A DNA stretch of 63,809 nucleotides, filler included, from Basidiobolus ranarum (lineage: Eukaryota): the NCBI GenBank assembly GCA_040143965.1. It is 37 parts of 37 records of this genome, joined end to end, with 100 filler letters (N's around TTAATTAATTAA, not from the genome) between each part and the next. Parts side by side here need not be neighbours in the genome. Positions count along the whole stretch, not along the records: positions 1 to 1,636 come from JASJQH010004660.1; positions 1,737 to 3,371 come from JASJQH010004661.1; positions 3,472 to 5,106 come from JASJQH010004662.1; positions 5,207 to 6,841 come from JASJQH010004663.1; positions 6,942 to 8,575 come from JASJQH010004664.1; positions 8,676 to 10,309 come from JASJQH010004665.1; positions 10,410 to 12,041 come from JASJQH010004666.1; positions 12,142 to 13,773 come from JASJQH010004667.1; 29 more parts are not named here. The stretch is one strand, 5' to 3'. Made by a program: the position numbers and the translations under genes. Below the pieces are notes generated by a model. That model saw only the letters and a list, made by a program, of their open reading frames with translations. It did not search any database and was not told the DNA's origin. Of this stretch, positions 1 to 12,415 are shown one piece after another (the first letter of the stretch is position 1; each line of letters starts with the position of its first letter).

Positions 1-764
1 GCCAGGAGTTTTATTTGCTAGTGTTTTGGCGTTTTGAGAGGTGCCAGGCGTTGGAAAAACTTCCAAATTTAGCACCCTTCCAACCGGTATACTGGTTCCA
101 TGGTGCTCTGCTAGATTGTCATGGTGATGTTCATATGTATGGTGTTGGATTGATTGAAATCCCATTAGAGAATGGACAGAGAGAACAGCATGTTCCTGTA
201 GCTCAAGTAGAGCATTCTCAATGTCTTGTATTGTTGTTGAGTGAGTCTCTAACTGCTGACTAGTTGCTTCCATATACTGCATTAATTGCAATAATGCAGT
301 GTTATTACTTGTTATGGCCTGTATAGGAACTGTGTAGTTTTTACTTAGGATTGCATACAAGTCATTATGGTGTGCTGCCTGTGATTTCCTTGTTGTAATA
401 ATTCTATCCAAATTTTCTGCAGAGGGTTATTCAATAGTAGGCAAAGTAGCCATTTTGGAAGTTAATGGTCTTGATGGTGCTCCAATTGAACTTTGTTGAA
501 CTATTAATTTACTACATAATTGGGGGATTACAATCTGTTTACTTGCACTATTGCTGGAAAGGAACACATCTGATAAATTGATTAATGCTTCATGATTACT
601 AGAGTTAGTTTCTGGCATGTTGATGCCTTCCAAGTGGATAGTGGATTACTAGACTGCTCATCAATTAAGTCCTCTGTTCTTGCTGGTTTATTTCCTTTCA
701 TGCCAGCAGGCTTTGGCTTGGAAGCCAATTTTGATTTTGATTTTGAATGCCTTTTGAATGGCAT
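1..764 (-). pseudogene. CACTA-family accessory ORF2, copy with ~520-bp internal deletion
   Basis: Starts MPFKRHSKSK. Co-linear with copies at 5207-6444 and 20796-21976. The junction near base 104 skips the segment equal to about 5303-5823. Confidence 0.7.
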
Positions 765-975
765 TGAAATTTTCAAATGGCAAACTTGATATTATGAAAT
801 TGATTAGAAACAACTTATTATAAACCTAATTTGCAATCCATTACTGGAAATATCTTGTAAATCCCTTGATGACTCACCTAGGAAACTGTCTCAGAATCAG
901 CCAATGATATTGAAGAGCTAGCCCTAAAATACCACTTTTGCATTGGAAATGTTCTTTATTCCACAATATCCTCTC

Positions 976-1636
976 ATGCTGCAACACAAACATTTAAAGA
1001 AGCCCAGCTATTATTGTCACAAATTCTGGTGTTATGAAAGCCAGAGGCTTCATAGAAAAAATAATCAAAGCTCAGTCACTGTAAAAAGCCATCAGCTGCA
1101 CAAAGCCAGATGAATATCAACCATAATAAGTTCACAAAATTGACGTTGGCTTTGCCAACTGAGTCCACTGACTGTACTTTGCCTCAAAGTTTTGGTAACA
1201 CTGCTGAAAGTCAATATACCATGTGGTTACCACAGTTATATGACCAGAATGATGTAGATAGAAATGCAACTTTGGTTGAACCAGTAAGTCCAGACAACTT
1301 TGAGGACATACTGCTAGATTTTGGCCTTGGTTGTTCCAGTACTGATGATAGTATATGAGAAGTTGAAGAACATGGTTTTCTTATGGACTCTTTCTTATTG
1401 ACAAGTATTAGTGCACTCATAACACATACAGTAAAGGGAGCAGCTTTAATTATTGAGGAGTTGAGAGTTCAATCCAATCTTAGCAACCAGATGTTTATTG
1501 GTTTTCTTACCCTTTTACCCCAGTAGATTGGCCACTGTTGCTCCCCACAGACCTGGAACATGTGGATAACACTTGTCAATCATATGACTTATAATCCTTC
1601 AGTAAATTAACTGCCTTCATGGCCAAAATTTCGTTT
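976..1636 (+). pseudogene. CACTA/EnSpm transposase, 5' part, divergent from ORF2
   Basis: ATG at 976 followed by a YYCHKFWC...TVKSH zinc-finger-like start. The 3' part overlaps the start of the transposase contig at 8676. Confidence 0.7.
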
Positions 1637-1736
1637 NNNNNNNNNNNNNNNNNNNNNNNNNNNNNNNNNNNNNNNNNNNNTTAATTAATTAANNNNNNNN
1701 NNNNNNNNNNNNNNNNNNNNNNNNNNNNNNNNNNNN

Positions 1737-2677
1737 GAATCTGAAAAGTCAAGGTTCCTTTGAGAACACGTATGATCATGCATTTGCATTGGCTCTGGAT
1801 GGTTTCTCACTAAACAAATATACCATTGGAAAGGCTTGCTGGCCAATGATTTTAATCAACTTAAATCTTCCTCCTTCTGAATGATATAAGAGTCATAATA
1901 TTCTGATACTATCCTTCATATATGGACCTAAATCTGCAGTGCTTATAGATAGCTGCTTGGAGCCTTTGATTGTGGAATTTGAACAATTATCTAATTGGGT
2001 TCAGATGAGTGAATATTTTTTTGAAGCTAATATCATTGTATTTAATGGCAACACTCCTGCCATCAGTAAACTTGGAGTTTTTCGCAGGCACAATGCACTA
2101 TCTTGCTGTTGATTTTGTTAAATCAATGGAGTCTACTCTATCAGACATATGCATTACTACTATCCCAATACAACACTAAACTCCTTGATTTTACCATCAA
2201 GAGCCTGGTGAAATATCAATATGATCACTGATATCAATTCACAAAAGAGTCAGTCTAACATCAAACTTGGTATTAGCCATAAGCCTAAGATTATATTTCT
2301 AAAGGGGATCTGTTGGAGCCAGAGCTTCCCATTGAACACTATGCACTTACTATTCAACAACAGTCCAATACTACTTACTCAGCTTTATAGTGGAAAATTC
2401 AATATGAATAAGCCATTCAAGATAGCATCAAAGTTTGAATCAATTGCAAAAATGCTTGAAAGCAACAAGATACCATCATATTTTACCAGGACCCCCATCA
2501 ATATCCACTCATCTGGCCATTTGTTCAAATGCTCAGACTGGAAGTATTGGATTTGTATCTATTCAAGTGGAATCTTTAAAATAATTCTGCCTGATAAGTA
2601 TTGGCAACATTGGGAGTTGTTTGTGGATATTGTTAATATAATCTTATAGCATCAACTCATGTTGGCAGATTGCAGGC
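1737..2677 (+). pseudogene. CACTA (Transposase_21/Tnp2-like) transposase fragment
   Basis: LALDGF, CWPMILINLNLPP, xMHLLFNN, KCSDWKYW and HWELFV motifs with in-frame stops. Paralog of 9082-10056. Confidence 0.85.
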
Positions 2678-3045
2678 CCTTAACAAAAATAAAATTGATT
2701 TAATCCAGATTGGATCCACTCTCTGAAACAGCAAAACCACTAAAGAACCATAACAATATTGGTGGCTTGCATTCTGCCCAGGATTTTGATGGTGTGATGA
2801 ACATTTCTTGATGGTATTTTGATGGTATTCATACATGTTAAAATATTGATCCTCAAATTTGGCATGCATTATTCAACATCCAGCAATTTTTGTAAAAATC
2901 GAATTTTTGAATGGCAAATTACTGGGTTTACTGCTGTAGGAATTCAAATTAATATGCACGCCCTTATTTAGATATTTTAGGCTTTGTAGTCCAGCCATAA
3001 TGAGAATCAAAAAATACAAGAATTCTGTTGTGTTTAGTCTCTACA
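2678..3045 (-). mobile_element. CACTA right end (TIR CCTTAACAAAAAT) nested in inverted orientation inside another copy's transposase
   Basis: Matches the end starting at 62812. The host transposase is interrupted exactly at this point. Confidence 0.75.
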
Positions 3046-3137
3046 TGTCACAATAAGGAACTGGACAAGGACTGGAAACAATGACACAAGGCTAGAAGGC
3101 AGGATAGTACTTGGGTGTAGACCACAAGACAAGAAAA
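3046..3137 (-). repeat. LTR-F (chromoviral gypsy LTR) fragment
   Basis: TGTCACAATAAGGAACTGG is the reverse complement of the 3' end of LTR 40579-41108. Confidence 0.8.
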
Positions 3138-3371
3138 CCCTAACAGAAATTTGAGGATTGTTATTGTAGGAAAACTATCACAATTTTAATCCATTTGGGA
3201 TTGACCGTTTACTTACCATCATAAAGTCATCAAGTTAGATTTGATTTTTATCAATTTTTTCAGTTTCAGGAGTGAAATATCAAGATCTTGCATATTAGTT
3301 GCACATGATTGGCTACAATCTCAGAGAACTATGGAACAACACATGTGCAAAAAAAGTAACTCAAATTTTAC
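3138..3371 (+). mobile_element. CACTA left end (TIR CCCTAACAGAAAT)
   Basis: Same terminus occurs at 30874, 42924 and, as CACTAGCAAAAAT, at 54580. Inserted into LTR-F here. Confidence 0.75.
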
Positions 3372-3471
3372 NNNNNNNNNNNNNNNNNNNNNNNNNNNNN
3401 NNNNNNNNNNNNNNNTTAATTAATTAANNNNNNNNNNNNNNNNNNNNNNNNNNNNNNNNNNNNNNNNNNNN

Positions 3472-3844
3472 TCTGATCAAGGAATACATGGGGCTTATAT
3501 AGATATTGCAAGGTGAAACATAATATACTGAATAGGGAATATACTGTGGCAAGTTTGAGAGTTGGGGTGTTAGGGACTACAAAGTCCAATACAAAGAGGG
3601 ATGATGTAAAGATGATCAGGTGACCTTCCATGGAAGGTCTTGGCAGAAATACACTCTGTGTGGGATGACATGATTGGTTAGATTCCATGGAATGTTCCAA
3701 AGAACATGACTTCAGTACAAGGTAATCTGGATGAACTAATCCCAGATTGCTAAGAAGGGATGGCACAGCAAATATGATGTCATAATCTAATAATAGAGAG
3801 TTCCATTTGCAGTGGATCAGTATGCCAAGATCAGAATCATGACA
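3472..3844 (-). repeat. LTR-F fragment
   Basis: Reverse complement of the 5' part of 40579-41108. Ends ...GAATCATGACA. Confidence 0.85.
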
Positions 3845-4686
3845 GTAGGTCTTGCAGCTATCTTTGAAATACCGTCAGATTATTGTATAAATAAATTGGT
3901 ACATATTATAGAGATACTTACTCTGAGTTCATGGATTAGGTTTTGTTGCTGTTATTGTGCACAAACTATGCTAAAATCCATGAGCACATTGAACAGAGCA
4001 CTTTGTTGAATAATTAATATACTCTGGAGTCACAATGACCCATTGCATTATGACTATCACTCAGTTTGCTGATACAGTGTTAGTCAGATTAGCGTGGGGT
4101 AATACTAATAATTTCAGATGAAGCATCATTTCACTGCAGGTGTGCTCCATTGGGAACTCCCAGAATGTTTAGGAAGGGCATATAAACTCTAAGCAGTGTG
4201 AAAGATTCAGCTGGGAATTTATTGAATACCAGCTTTAAAGTATGATGCTATCTTGACATTTTCAAGCATATTACCAATCAATTCAAACTATGATCCTATC
4301 TTAATCAGCTTGCTCATATTAAATTATATCCATCCAGTATATAGGTAAAACCATCTGCTCTACAGTGAGCACTTTGGCAATCACACAATGATCTATATTT
4401 GGGTGATTTCATCAAATCTTTAAGATGTGGAATCAGTGGCATTCTCAGGACACTGGTGAAAGCCAAACAACCATTTGGTCATGCATGTTGTATAATTACT
4501 GAAGGATTGGAAGTCATATAATAGCAAGTGCTTTCCATTTGTACCAGGTCTGTGGCAAGCAACAGTTGCCAATCAACTGTAGTAAAAGTGTAAGAGAACC
4601 ACCAAACACCTGGTTACTAAGATTTGCTTGAATTCTTACTCAATAATCATAGATGCTTCCTTTGCAATGAGTGTTAGGAGTGAACT
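3845..4686 (-). pseudogene. Decayed CACTA transposase, C-terminal fragments
   Basis: EFPMEHTC motif (equivalent of FPxERxxG). Similar to 46899-47361 and 62812-63809. Confidence 0.6.
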
Positions 4687-4689
4687 AAT

Positions 4690-5106
4690 AGACTTGTTCT
4701 ATTTTATTGAGCCAGATCAGGCCAGCTAAAAAGTATGCCAGCACAAATTGGCATGATTGGGCACTATCCAGCACGATGTTATTTACCATTTTTGAAACAG
4801 TTTATTTTACTTATGTGATATATTTAAGAAAAGTACTTTTAGACATTATTGCACATTCAAAAGATGATGAAAGCTTTATTCATAGTACCTTAACTCTAAA
4901 GCTCACAATGGATATCTTTGAGTATGGATGTAATAAGAATTAATCAAGATTTTGACTACTTTGCCTAACTTTGATTGAGGCCCACAAAATGATTTTCCAC
5001 CATACTTTCCTGCTACAATGCTTTATCTCTTTAGGAAACCAAAGCTATGTTATACCCTTGCTCTAAAATGGGAAAAAATGTAATTATAAAGCTTTTGCCT
5101 CTCTGT
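4690..5106 (-). mobile_element. PHIS-superfamily (Harbinger/ISL2EU-like) DNA transposon end carrying the transposase C-terminus
   Basis: Terminus AGACTTGTTCYATT after AAT. The minus strand from 5106 reads TERQKLYNYIFSHFRARV*HSFGFLKR, matching the DDE_Tnp_4 motif NxxxSxxRxxVExxFGxLK. Confidence 0.7.
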
Positions 5107-5206
5107 NNNNNNNNNNNNNNNNNNNNNNNNNNNNNNNNNNNNNNNNNNNNTTAATTAATTAANNNNNNNNNNNNNNNNNNNNNNNNNNNNNNNNNNNNNN
5201 NNNNNN

Positions 5207-6444
5207 TTTATTTGCTGGTGTTTTGGCTTGTTGAGAGGTGCTGGGTGTTGGATAAACTTCCTGATTTAGCATTCTTCCAACTGTGTACCCAGTTCCATGG
5301 TGAAATTAAGCTTTTTTGCCAGTATATCAGACTCTGGAATTGCAGATCTTTGTAATGGTGTGACAATTTTGGTAAGTGGGACAGTAGAGCCAAAACTCGC
5401 TGGCTCCTTTGCTTTTCCCTTGGGTTTACTAACTTCCTGCTCCTTCAGTACTTCTTCAGCTGCTTTTCTTTTTTTTCCAAGTCAATAATTGTGTACATTT
5501 TTGAGATGTTTCATCAATAGGCCTATACTAGACCAATTACCATTTGCTTGCAAAAACCCTGTATAAGCCACATTAAATAAGTCAAGAACCTTCAGAGTAA
5601 TGCCTGGTTTTTGGTTTTTCCATAATTGACTTAAATCCAGGGGATTTTGGGCAAAATTCCACACAGTTTCCAAAATGTTCAACCACTCATCATCAGAGCA
5701 AGTGATGGCAGCTCTGACATTCAGAGTCTTTTGGTTTGCCGGTTTTCCTATGAGATTTCTACTTTCATGTGGCCAAGCAATTTTGGGTTGTTGTGTAGGC
5801 TTAATGGTCCAACACATATTTTGCTCTGCTAGATTGTCATGGTGACATTCATACGTATGGTGTGGGATTGATTGAAATCTCATTTGAGAATGGATGGAGA
5901 GGGCAGCATGTTGCTGTAGCTCAAGTACAGCAATCTGAAGGTCTTGTATCATTGTTGAGTGACTCTCTAAATGTTGACTAGTTGGTTCCAAACATGGCAT
6001 TAATTGCAATATTTTGGTGTTATTGCTTGTCATGGCCTGTATAGCGACTTCATAGTTTTTACTTATGAATGCTTACAAATCATTACAATGTTCTGCCGGC
6101 AATTCCCTTGTTGTAATAATTTTATCCATATTTTCTACAGAGGGTTGTTCAATAGTGGGCAAGTAGACATTTTTCAAGTTGATGGTCTTGATGATGTTTT
6201 GGGTAAACTATGCTCAACTATTGAATTACTACCTAATTGGGGGATTATTATCACTTCACTTGCACTATTGCTGGAAAGGAAAACATCTGGTAAATGGATT
6301 AATGCTCTATCATTACTTAAGTTAGTTTCCAGAATGTTAATGCCTTTCAGTCTGCTGTTCATGCTGGTTTTTCTCCTCTTGTGCCAGCGGCTTTGGTTTG
6401 GAAGCTCCTTTTGACTTAGGTTTTGAGTGCTTTTTGAATGGCAT
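5207..6444 (-). pseudogene. CACTA accessory ORF2, best-preserved copy
   Basis: Includes the 183-aa ORF 5482-6033: a coiled-coil followed by DDEWLNILETV...WKNQKP...NGNWSSIGLLMKHLKN. Confidence 0.75.
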
Positions 6445-6654
6445 TGAAATTTTCAGATGGTAAACTTGGTGCAATAAAATTGCTTAGAAACAGCTTTTAA
6501 TAAACCAATATTGCCATCCATTACCAGATATTGTGTAAATCCCCTGATGACTCATCTGTGACACTGTCTCAGAATCAGCTGATGATATTTATGAGCTATA
6601 CCTAAAATACCACCCTGATATGGGAGGTGTTCTTTTTTCCACAACATACTTCTA

Positions 6655-6841
6655 ATGCCGCAACACAAACATTTAAAGAAGCCCTGCTGTTATTGTCACA
6701 AATTCTTGTGCTATGAAAGCCACAGGATTCATAAAAAAATAATCACAAGCATGGTCATTGTACAAAGCCACCAGCTGCACAAAGCCTGGTGTAAAACAAC
6801 AGTAATAAGTATACTAAATTGACTTTAGTTTTGCCCATTGA
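6655..6841 (+). pseudogene. CACTA transposase 5' end
   Basis: Homologous to the sequence starting at 976, about 210 bp from the ORF2 start. Confidence 0.65.
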
Positions 6842-6941
6842 NNNNNNNNNNNNNNNNNNNNNNNNNNNNNNNNNNNNNNNNNNNNTTAATTAATTAANNN
6901 NNNNNNNNNNNNNNNNNNNNNNNNNNNNNNNNNNNNNNNNN

Positions 6942-8071
6942 CATTACCTAAAGACCACATGTCAATTGGTAATCCAAAAGGAATTCCGATTGACACCTAA
7001 ATCGAAATTAACCAGGTTAAGTACCGTTACTAGTGAAAGTAAAATACTGAAATATTACCTCTGGTGCTCTATAATTCATAGCTTGCACATTAAATGTTTC
7101 GTAATAGTGAGGTAATTCGCTAACACCTATCGAATTTCCAAAGTCTAACACTTTGATATCCAAAGAGTTGGCTAAATTTCCAAGTTGGGATATAAAAATT
7201 TTGTTTAGAATGATACTGATGTACACAATGGTGTTGCTTATTGCATTGCGTAATTCTTTCTAACCTTGCGAATGAAGTATATTGTCGGGTTTGAGGTCGG
7301 CGTGTAATATTCCCAGTTTTGATAGCAAAAGAAGCGAAGTGACAAGCTGACAGGATATACGACGAGTAATAGAAAGACGGCGAAGCTCTGCTTCACGAGG
7401 AAGATGCAAAGAATGTTCTGGATTTAGTTCTGCGGTATGTGAGATGGTTAACGGACCACCTGATAACCATTCTAGTACAATACATACGTAAGAGCCGAAA
7501 TTAAACGTATCAAATATTTGTACTAGCTGAAAATTCTTTTCGTCATTAAATATATTTAGCTGTCGAAGTCTTATAATTTCCTATATCCGTTGAAATCAAA
7601 ATTAGCTTGACGTTTAGAAAAAAACTATTACAATTAACCTTCGGCGATATTTAATAGAATGGTATGAAATGTGAGTGTTTGTATTTACCGTGATCGCTTG
7701 TCGACTATATTTGTTGTGAAGCACTTTCAAAGCAACTAAACGTTTTTTCGGGTGAATTAAATCTCGGGCCAACAACACCTGAGAAAAAGAGCCTGTTCCG
7801 ATCTTTTGGAGAACTTCGTAACGTTTTCCTAAAATGAATTGAGTTTCGCTGAAATCTCCACTTGAATTGATGGTCTCAAAAGTCGCATTGTCCACTTTAA
7901 AAGAGAAAGTTAAAAATCGTGTAAAATGATTGAAAAATCGAGATCAAAATTTTGGGAAGGAGACGTCAAAGACAGATCACTGTAAAGGGGAAGTGGCCTG
8001 AAAAGAGTTCGTGTAAGATCAGAAGGATAATTATTTTGAAAAATACCTATTGCCGAAGAATTCAATAGCAT
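6942..8071 (-). CDS. CMGC Ser/Thr kinase, DYRK/HIPK-like; spliced, 3' truncated by contig end, 5' end uncertain
   Basis: Exons give IGTGSFSQV, VALKV, HADLKPDN, KVLDFGNS, VQAMNYRAPE and PIDMWSLG, separated by GT-AG introns (e.g. about 7688-7581 and 7264-7172). CpG retained. Confidence 0.9.
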
Positions 8072-8675
8072 TGCCTATAGGCTGACGATGACTTGATAGT
8101 GTGGATGTCAAAGTTGGTTTTTAGTTGAGTCAAGAACAAAGATGTTTTGCACAAAAACCTATCACACACAGACAATATCGAGCGAGGTGAAGGTATTTAT
8201 TTGGTAATTGAGGAAGGCAAGAGGTGGAGATGAGCGATGGAATTGAATTCGGCAGAAACAGTGTCTGGAAGGAAAAAGGGTTAGGAATCAGGATCATAAT
8301 ATATATATAGATGAGTAATTTAAGAAAGAATATCACAGTTATTTCAAAGAATCGACATTACTCGGTGTCATCAATATGAGATTGCAATGTATTTATACAC
8401 TTGTTATATCAGTTGGTTAATTTCCGACATTACCATTAGTTACCAAGTGGGCGGGTATTAATCGAATTTGGTAGTCAGTATTTTTGTGAAGAACCATCAA
8501 TCACGGCTCTGTACTGCGCCATTTCTCTGAGAAGAGTACTGCGACGCTACAAGAGGTGAGAGAGATCTCTGGGCTNNNNNNNNNNNNNNNNNNNNNNNNN
8601 NNNNNNNNNNNNNNNNNNNTTAATTAATTAANNNNNNNNNNNNNNNNNNNNNNNNNNNNNNNNNNNNNNNNNNNN

Positions 8676-10309
8676 ACCTTGGTTATTCCAGTACCAATGG
8701 TAGTATATCAGAAGTTGAGGAAGAAAACAACGGTTTTGTTATGGACTCTTTGTTATCAGCAAACATTATCCACTCATAACACTTACAGTAAAGGAAGCAG
8801 CTTTGATTATTGAGGAGTGGAGAGTTCAATCTAATCTTAGCAACTGGGTGTTCATTGGTTTTCTTACACTTTTACCATAGTTGATGGGTAACTGTTACTT
8901 GCCACAGACCTGGCACAAGTAGGAAACACTTATCAATTGTATGACATATACTCCTTGAGTAGGTACATTACCTTCATGTCCAAATGGTTGTTTGGCTTTC
9001 ACCAGTGATCTGAAAAACCTGAAGTCATGTTCTGTTTGCACTCAATTGGCAATCACTGAATCAGGTTAATATAGTTCATATTTGGCCTACATTCCATTGA
9101 TTTCCCATCTTAAAGTTTTGATGAAATTACCCAAATATAGATTATTGATCCAATACCAAAGTACTCACCATAAAGCTGATGGTATTACCAATATAAATAA
9201 TGGATATCACTGCCAGAATCTGAAAAGTCAAGGTTTCTTTGAGAACACATATGATCATTCATTTGCCTTTGGTCTGGATGGTTTCTTGCTAAACAAATAT
9301 ACCATTGGAAAGGCTTGCTGGCCAATAATTTTAATTAACTTAAATCTTCCTCCTTCTAAATGGTATAGGAGTCATAATGGTTTGATACTATCCAACATAT
9401 CTGGACCTGTATTACCAGTGCTGATAGATAGCTTCTTGGAGCCTTTGATAGTGGAATTTAAATGGTTTTCTAATGGGGTTCAGATGGGTGAATATTTTAT
9501 TCAAGCTAATATCATTGTATTTATTGGTGACACTCCTGCCATCAGCAAACTTGGAGGTTTTTGCAGGCACAATGCACTATCTTGCTGTAGATTTTGTCAA
9601 ATCAATGAAGTCTACTCCATCAGGAATATGCAGTACTACTATCCAAATACAAAACTAAACTGCTTGACTTTACTGTTAAGAGCCTGGTCAGATTTCAACA
9701 TGATCACTGATATCAATTCACCAAATATTCAGTCTTACATCAAACTTGCTATTAGCCGTAACCCTAAGATTATATCACTAACAAGGATCAACTGGAGCCA
9801 GAACTTCCTATTAAGCACTATGCACTTACAATTCAACAACATATCAATACTACTTACTCAGCTATATAGTGGAAAATTCAATATGAATGGGCCATTTGAG
9901 AGAGGATCAAAGTTTGAATTGATTTGGGGAATGCTTGAAAACATCAGGATACTATCATATTTTACCAGGACTTCCATCAACATCCACTCATCTAGGCATT
10001 TATTCAAATGCAAAGGCTGCAGTTTTGGATTTGTTTATATTCAGGCGGATTCTTGAACAGATTTCAGTCTGAAAAGCATTGGCAACATTGGGAGTTGTTT
10101 GTGGATATTTTTAAAATATTATTGTGGTATCAACTCACATTGGTGGATCTCAGGCAGATACAGTGATTGTTCAACAATTTTGTAATTGTATCTCAGAGAC
10201 TTTATTCCAGCCTTAAAGAAGATCGACTGAACCTCAGCCAGTATTAAACACATTCCCTGCTGCATTTTTCACAATGCTTACAGATTATAGCTCATTGCTA
10301 TACATTCGG
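8676..10309 (+). pseudogene. CACTA transposase (Transposase_21-like), includes 324-aa ORF 9082-10056
   Basis: CPNGC...CSVC, YIPL, FGLDGF, WPIILINLNLPP, DSFLEPLIVE, GDTPAISKL, CRFC and xMHL motifs. Confidence 0.9.
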
Positions 10310-10409
10310 NNNNNNNNNNNNNNNNNNNNNNNNNNNNNNNNNNNNNNNNNNNNTTAATTAATTAANNNNNNNNNNNNNNNNNNNNNNNNNNNNNNNNNNN
10401 NNNNNNNNN

Positions 10410-10711
10410 AAGGACTACTTTGACAAAACTCATCCCCTCCAACCTAAGCCACTACAAGTTGATGACCTTTTCCTGGAATATGATTCCACTCTTGACAAAC
10501 AATGGAGAAGGAAGTTTGACAACCAATGGAGAGGCCCATTAAATATGTTAAATTTGTAGGTAATGGAAGCTATTACACAGCAGAACTAGATGGAACAGAA
10601 CTCAGACTACCAGTTGCCAGGAACCAACCAACAATATTCAAGACTTGGGGAAACAACTCAACCTGCTGAGTTTGGTTTTTCACTTGAGTTCAAAATTCAG
10701 AGAGGGGTGGA
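10410..10711 (+). pseudogene. Ty3/gypsy (Ylt1-like) integrase C-terminus plus PPT
   Basis: LDKQWRRKFDNQWRGP...AELDGT. Purine tract AGAGGGGTGGA precedes the TG. Confidence 0.75.
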
Positions 10712-12041
10712 TGTAGTTGGGCAGCATTGCTACCCACTGGCAGGTTGACTTATTTCCACTCCAAGCTAATATCATTACTATTGCACAATTTCTATTTTAT
10801 TATCCCTATTTAACCTACCCAAGTTTTTTATTGCAAAATATGGGCTGTTTGGAGGAACTTTAGAAAAGTGGAGTTGTGAATAGCTTTGTGAGATTATTAT
10901 TTATTGTACAGAAATAAAGCATTGCTACATTTTGGTGGAAATAGAGAAAACTATCACTGGGTTGTGTTCAGAACATCTTTGGGAGTAAAATGAGCTATCT
11001 TTGGGGCAATTTAAACAAGTTTGAAATTAATTACATATATATAATATATGTTCCATTTTTCAGCCAAGTGATATTTGACTAAGTAATGTTAACTAACTTA
11101 TAGGTGATTTATCAAATAGTTAGGTGTATAAAGATAGAGATAACAAATATGATAAAGACAACAAACTTCAACATTTTCTAGCTAATCATATTGCGCCATT
11201 AGTATGATCCCGTATTATTTAAGATTTATCATTAGCCCTATTATTTTCTGGAAAATTCTACAATCTTCCAAAACATTCCATAAGATTCTTGGAATATTTG
11301 ATGATTGATTGAGCTTTGACCAATCAAAACTTGATTTTGCCGGAACATTCTATGACTTCCTGGATTATTCTACAACCTTCTGGAACATTGCATGGATTAC
11401 AAATCTTATGATTTATGGTGATATCATAACCCCAGATCCCCACCAATAGAATACTCTGGAACTTTCCGGAAATTATCATTAGTAATCATTTCTACCATCA
11501 CATAAATTTAAACAGGAGCCATGTATTTTCAATAAAATATCATCCTGGTTTTCAACTAACAATTACTACTTGTGATCACCCCTTATTTTCATCATCACTT
11601 ACAAGACCTTTGAAGAGGAAGCTCAAGAGAGACTACTAGAGGCAGTTACAGGCTACTATGTGACTAGAAAGGACTTGACTGGCTCAAAGGAAGTACTGAC
11701 AGGTAGGTGTTTTATTTCTGAAACTTTATATTTTTTTCCCTAGCTGTATCTGCATAGGCAAGGAGCTTTTCATATCCTTGGATAAATCACTACTAGTGTA
11801 TCCTTGTTCAAGACCCCGCTGGCTGAGTTTACAGTTGTTTTTGATTGGATATACCCTTTTGATCTGATCATTCTCAAAGGACGTTGAAGCCAGTATATTC
11901 TTTTGTCAGGTGCCAGCATATTATTCAACAGAAAGATGGACATTGCATTATGGTTTATCAGTTCTCAGACATTTCTAAAGGCTTGATTCTCTATCACAAA
12001 GACCCACAAGGCAAGAGACAGACCCATATTACAGTGCATCC
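10712..12041 (+). repeat. LTR-G (long gypsy LTR) interrupted by an LTR-B copy at about 10832-11173
   Basis: Starts TGTAGT after the PPT. Co-linear with 59206-60370. Confidence 0.75.
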
Positions 12042-12141
12042 NNNNNNNNNNNNNNNNNNNNNNNNNNNNNNNNNNNNNNNNNNNNTTAATTAATTAANNN
12101 NNNNNNNNNNNNNNNNNNNNNNNNNNNNNNNNNNNNNNNNN

Positions 12142-12324
12142 ATTTGACGTGATTTGGAGAAGTTTTGAGAAAATAGTGGAAATTGGTAAAAGTGATCTAA
12201 TTGATATTTCTATCAATTAGAGCAATAAACAAATGTTTTTGAATAACAGAATTGAGTGTTAAATAATCAGAATATGAATAAACTAACTACTAAATAATGA
12301 GTTGCTATTTACCTAATTTCAACA
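12142..12324 (-). repeat. LTR-I (copia LTR) fragment
   Basis: Reverse complement matches the LTR that starts at 30423 after a copia PPT. Confidence 0.65.
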
Positions 12325-12415
12325 ATCACACCATTAAAATCCCTGGCAGAATGCAAGCCAGCAATATTGTGATGGTTCTCTGATGGTTTTGCTATTTTGG
12401 AGGGTGGATCCAATC

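Noticed and set aside
1681-1692. Regularly spaced palindrome TTAATTAATTAA suggesting an array
   Set aside because: It is an artificial linker inside N runs. The ~1.73-kb period comes from length-sorted contigs.
6544-6590. CTGATGA motifs as hammerhead ribozyme cores (also in LTR-C)
   Set aside because: No stem II followed by GAAA and stem III could be built.
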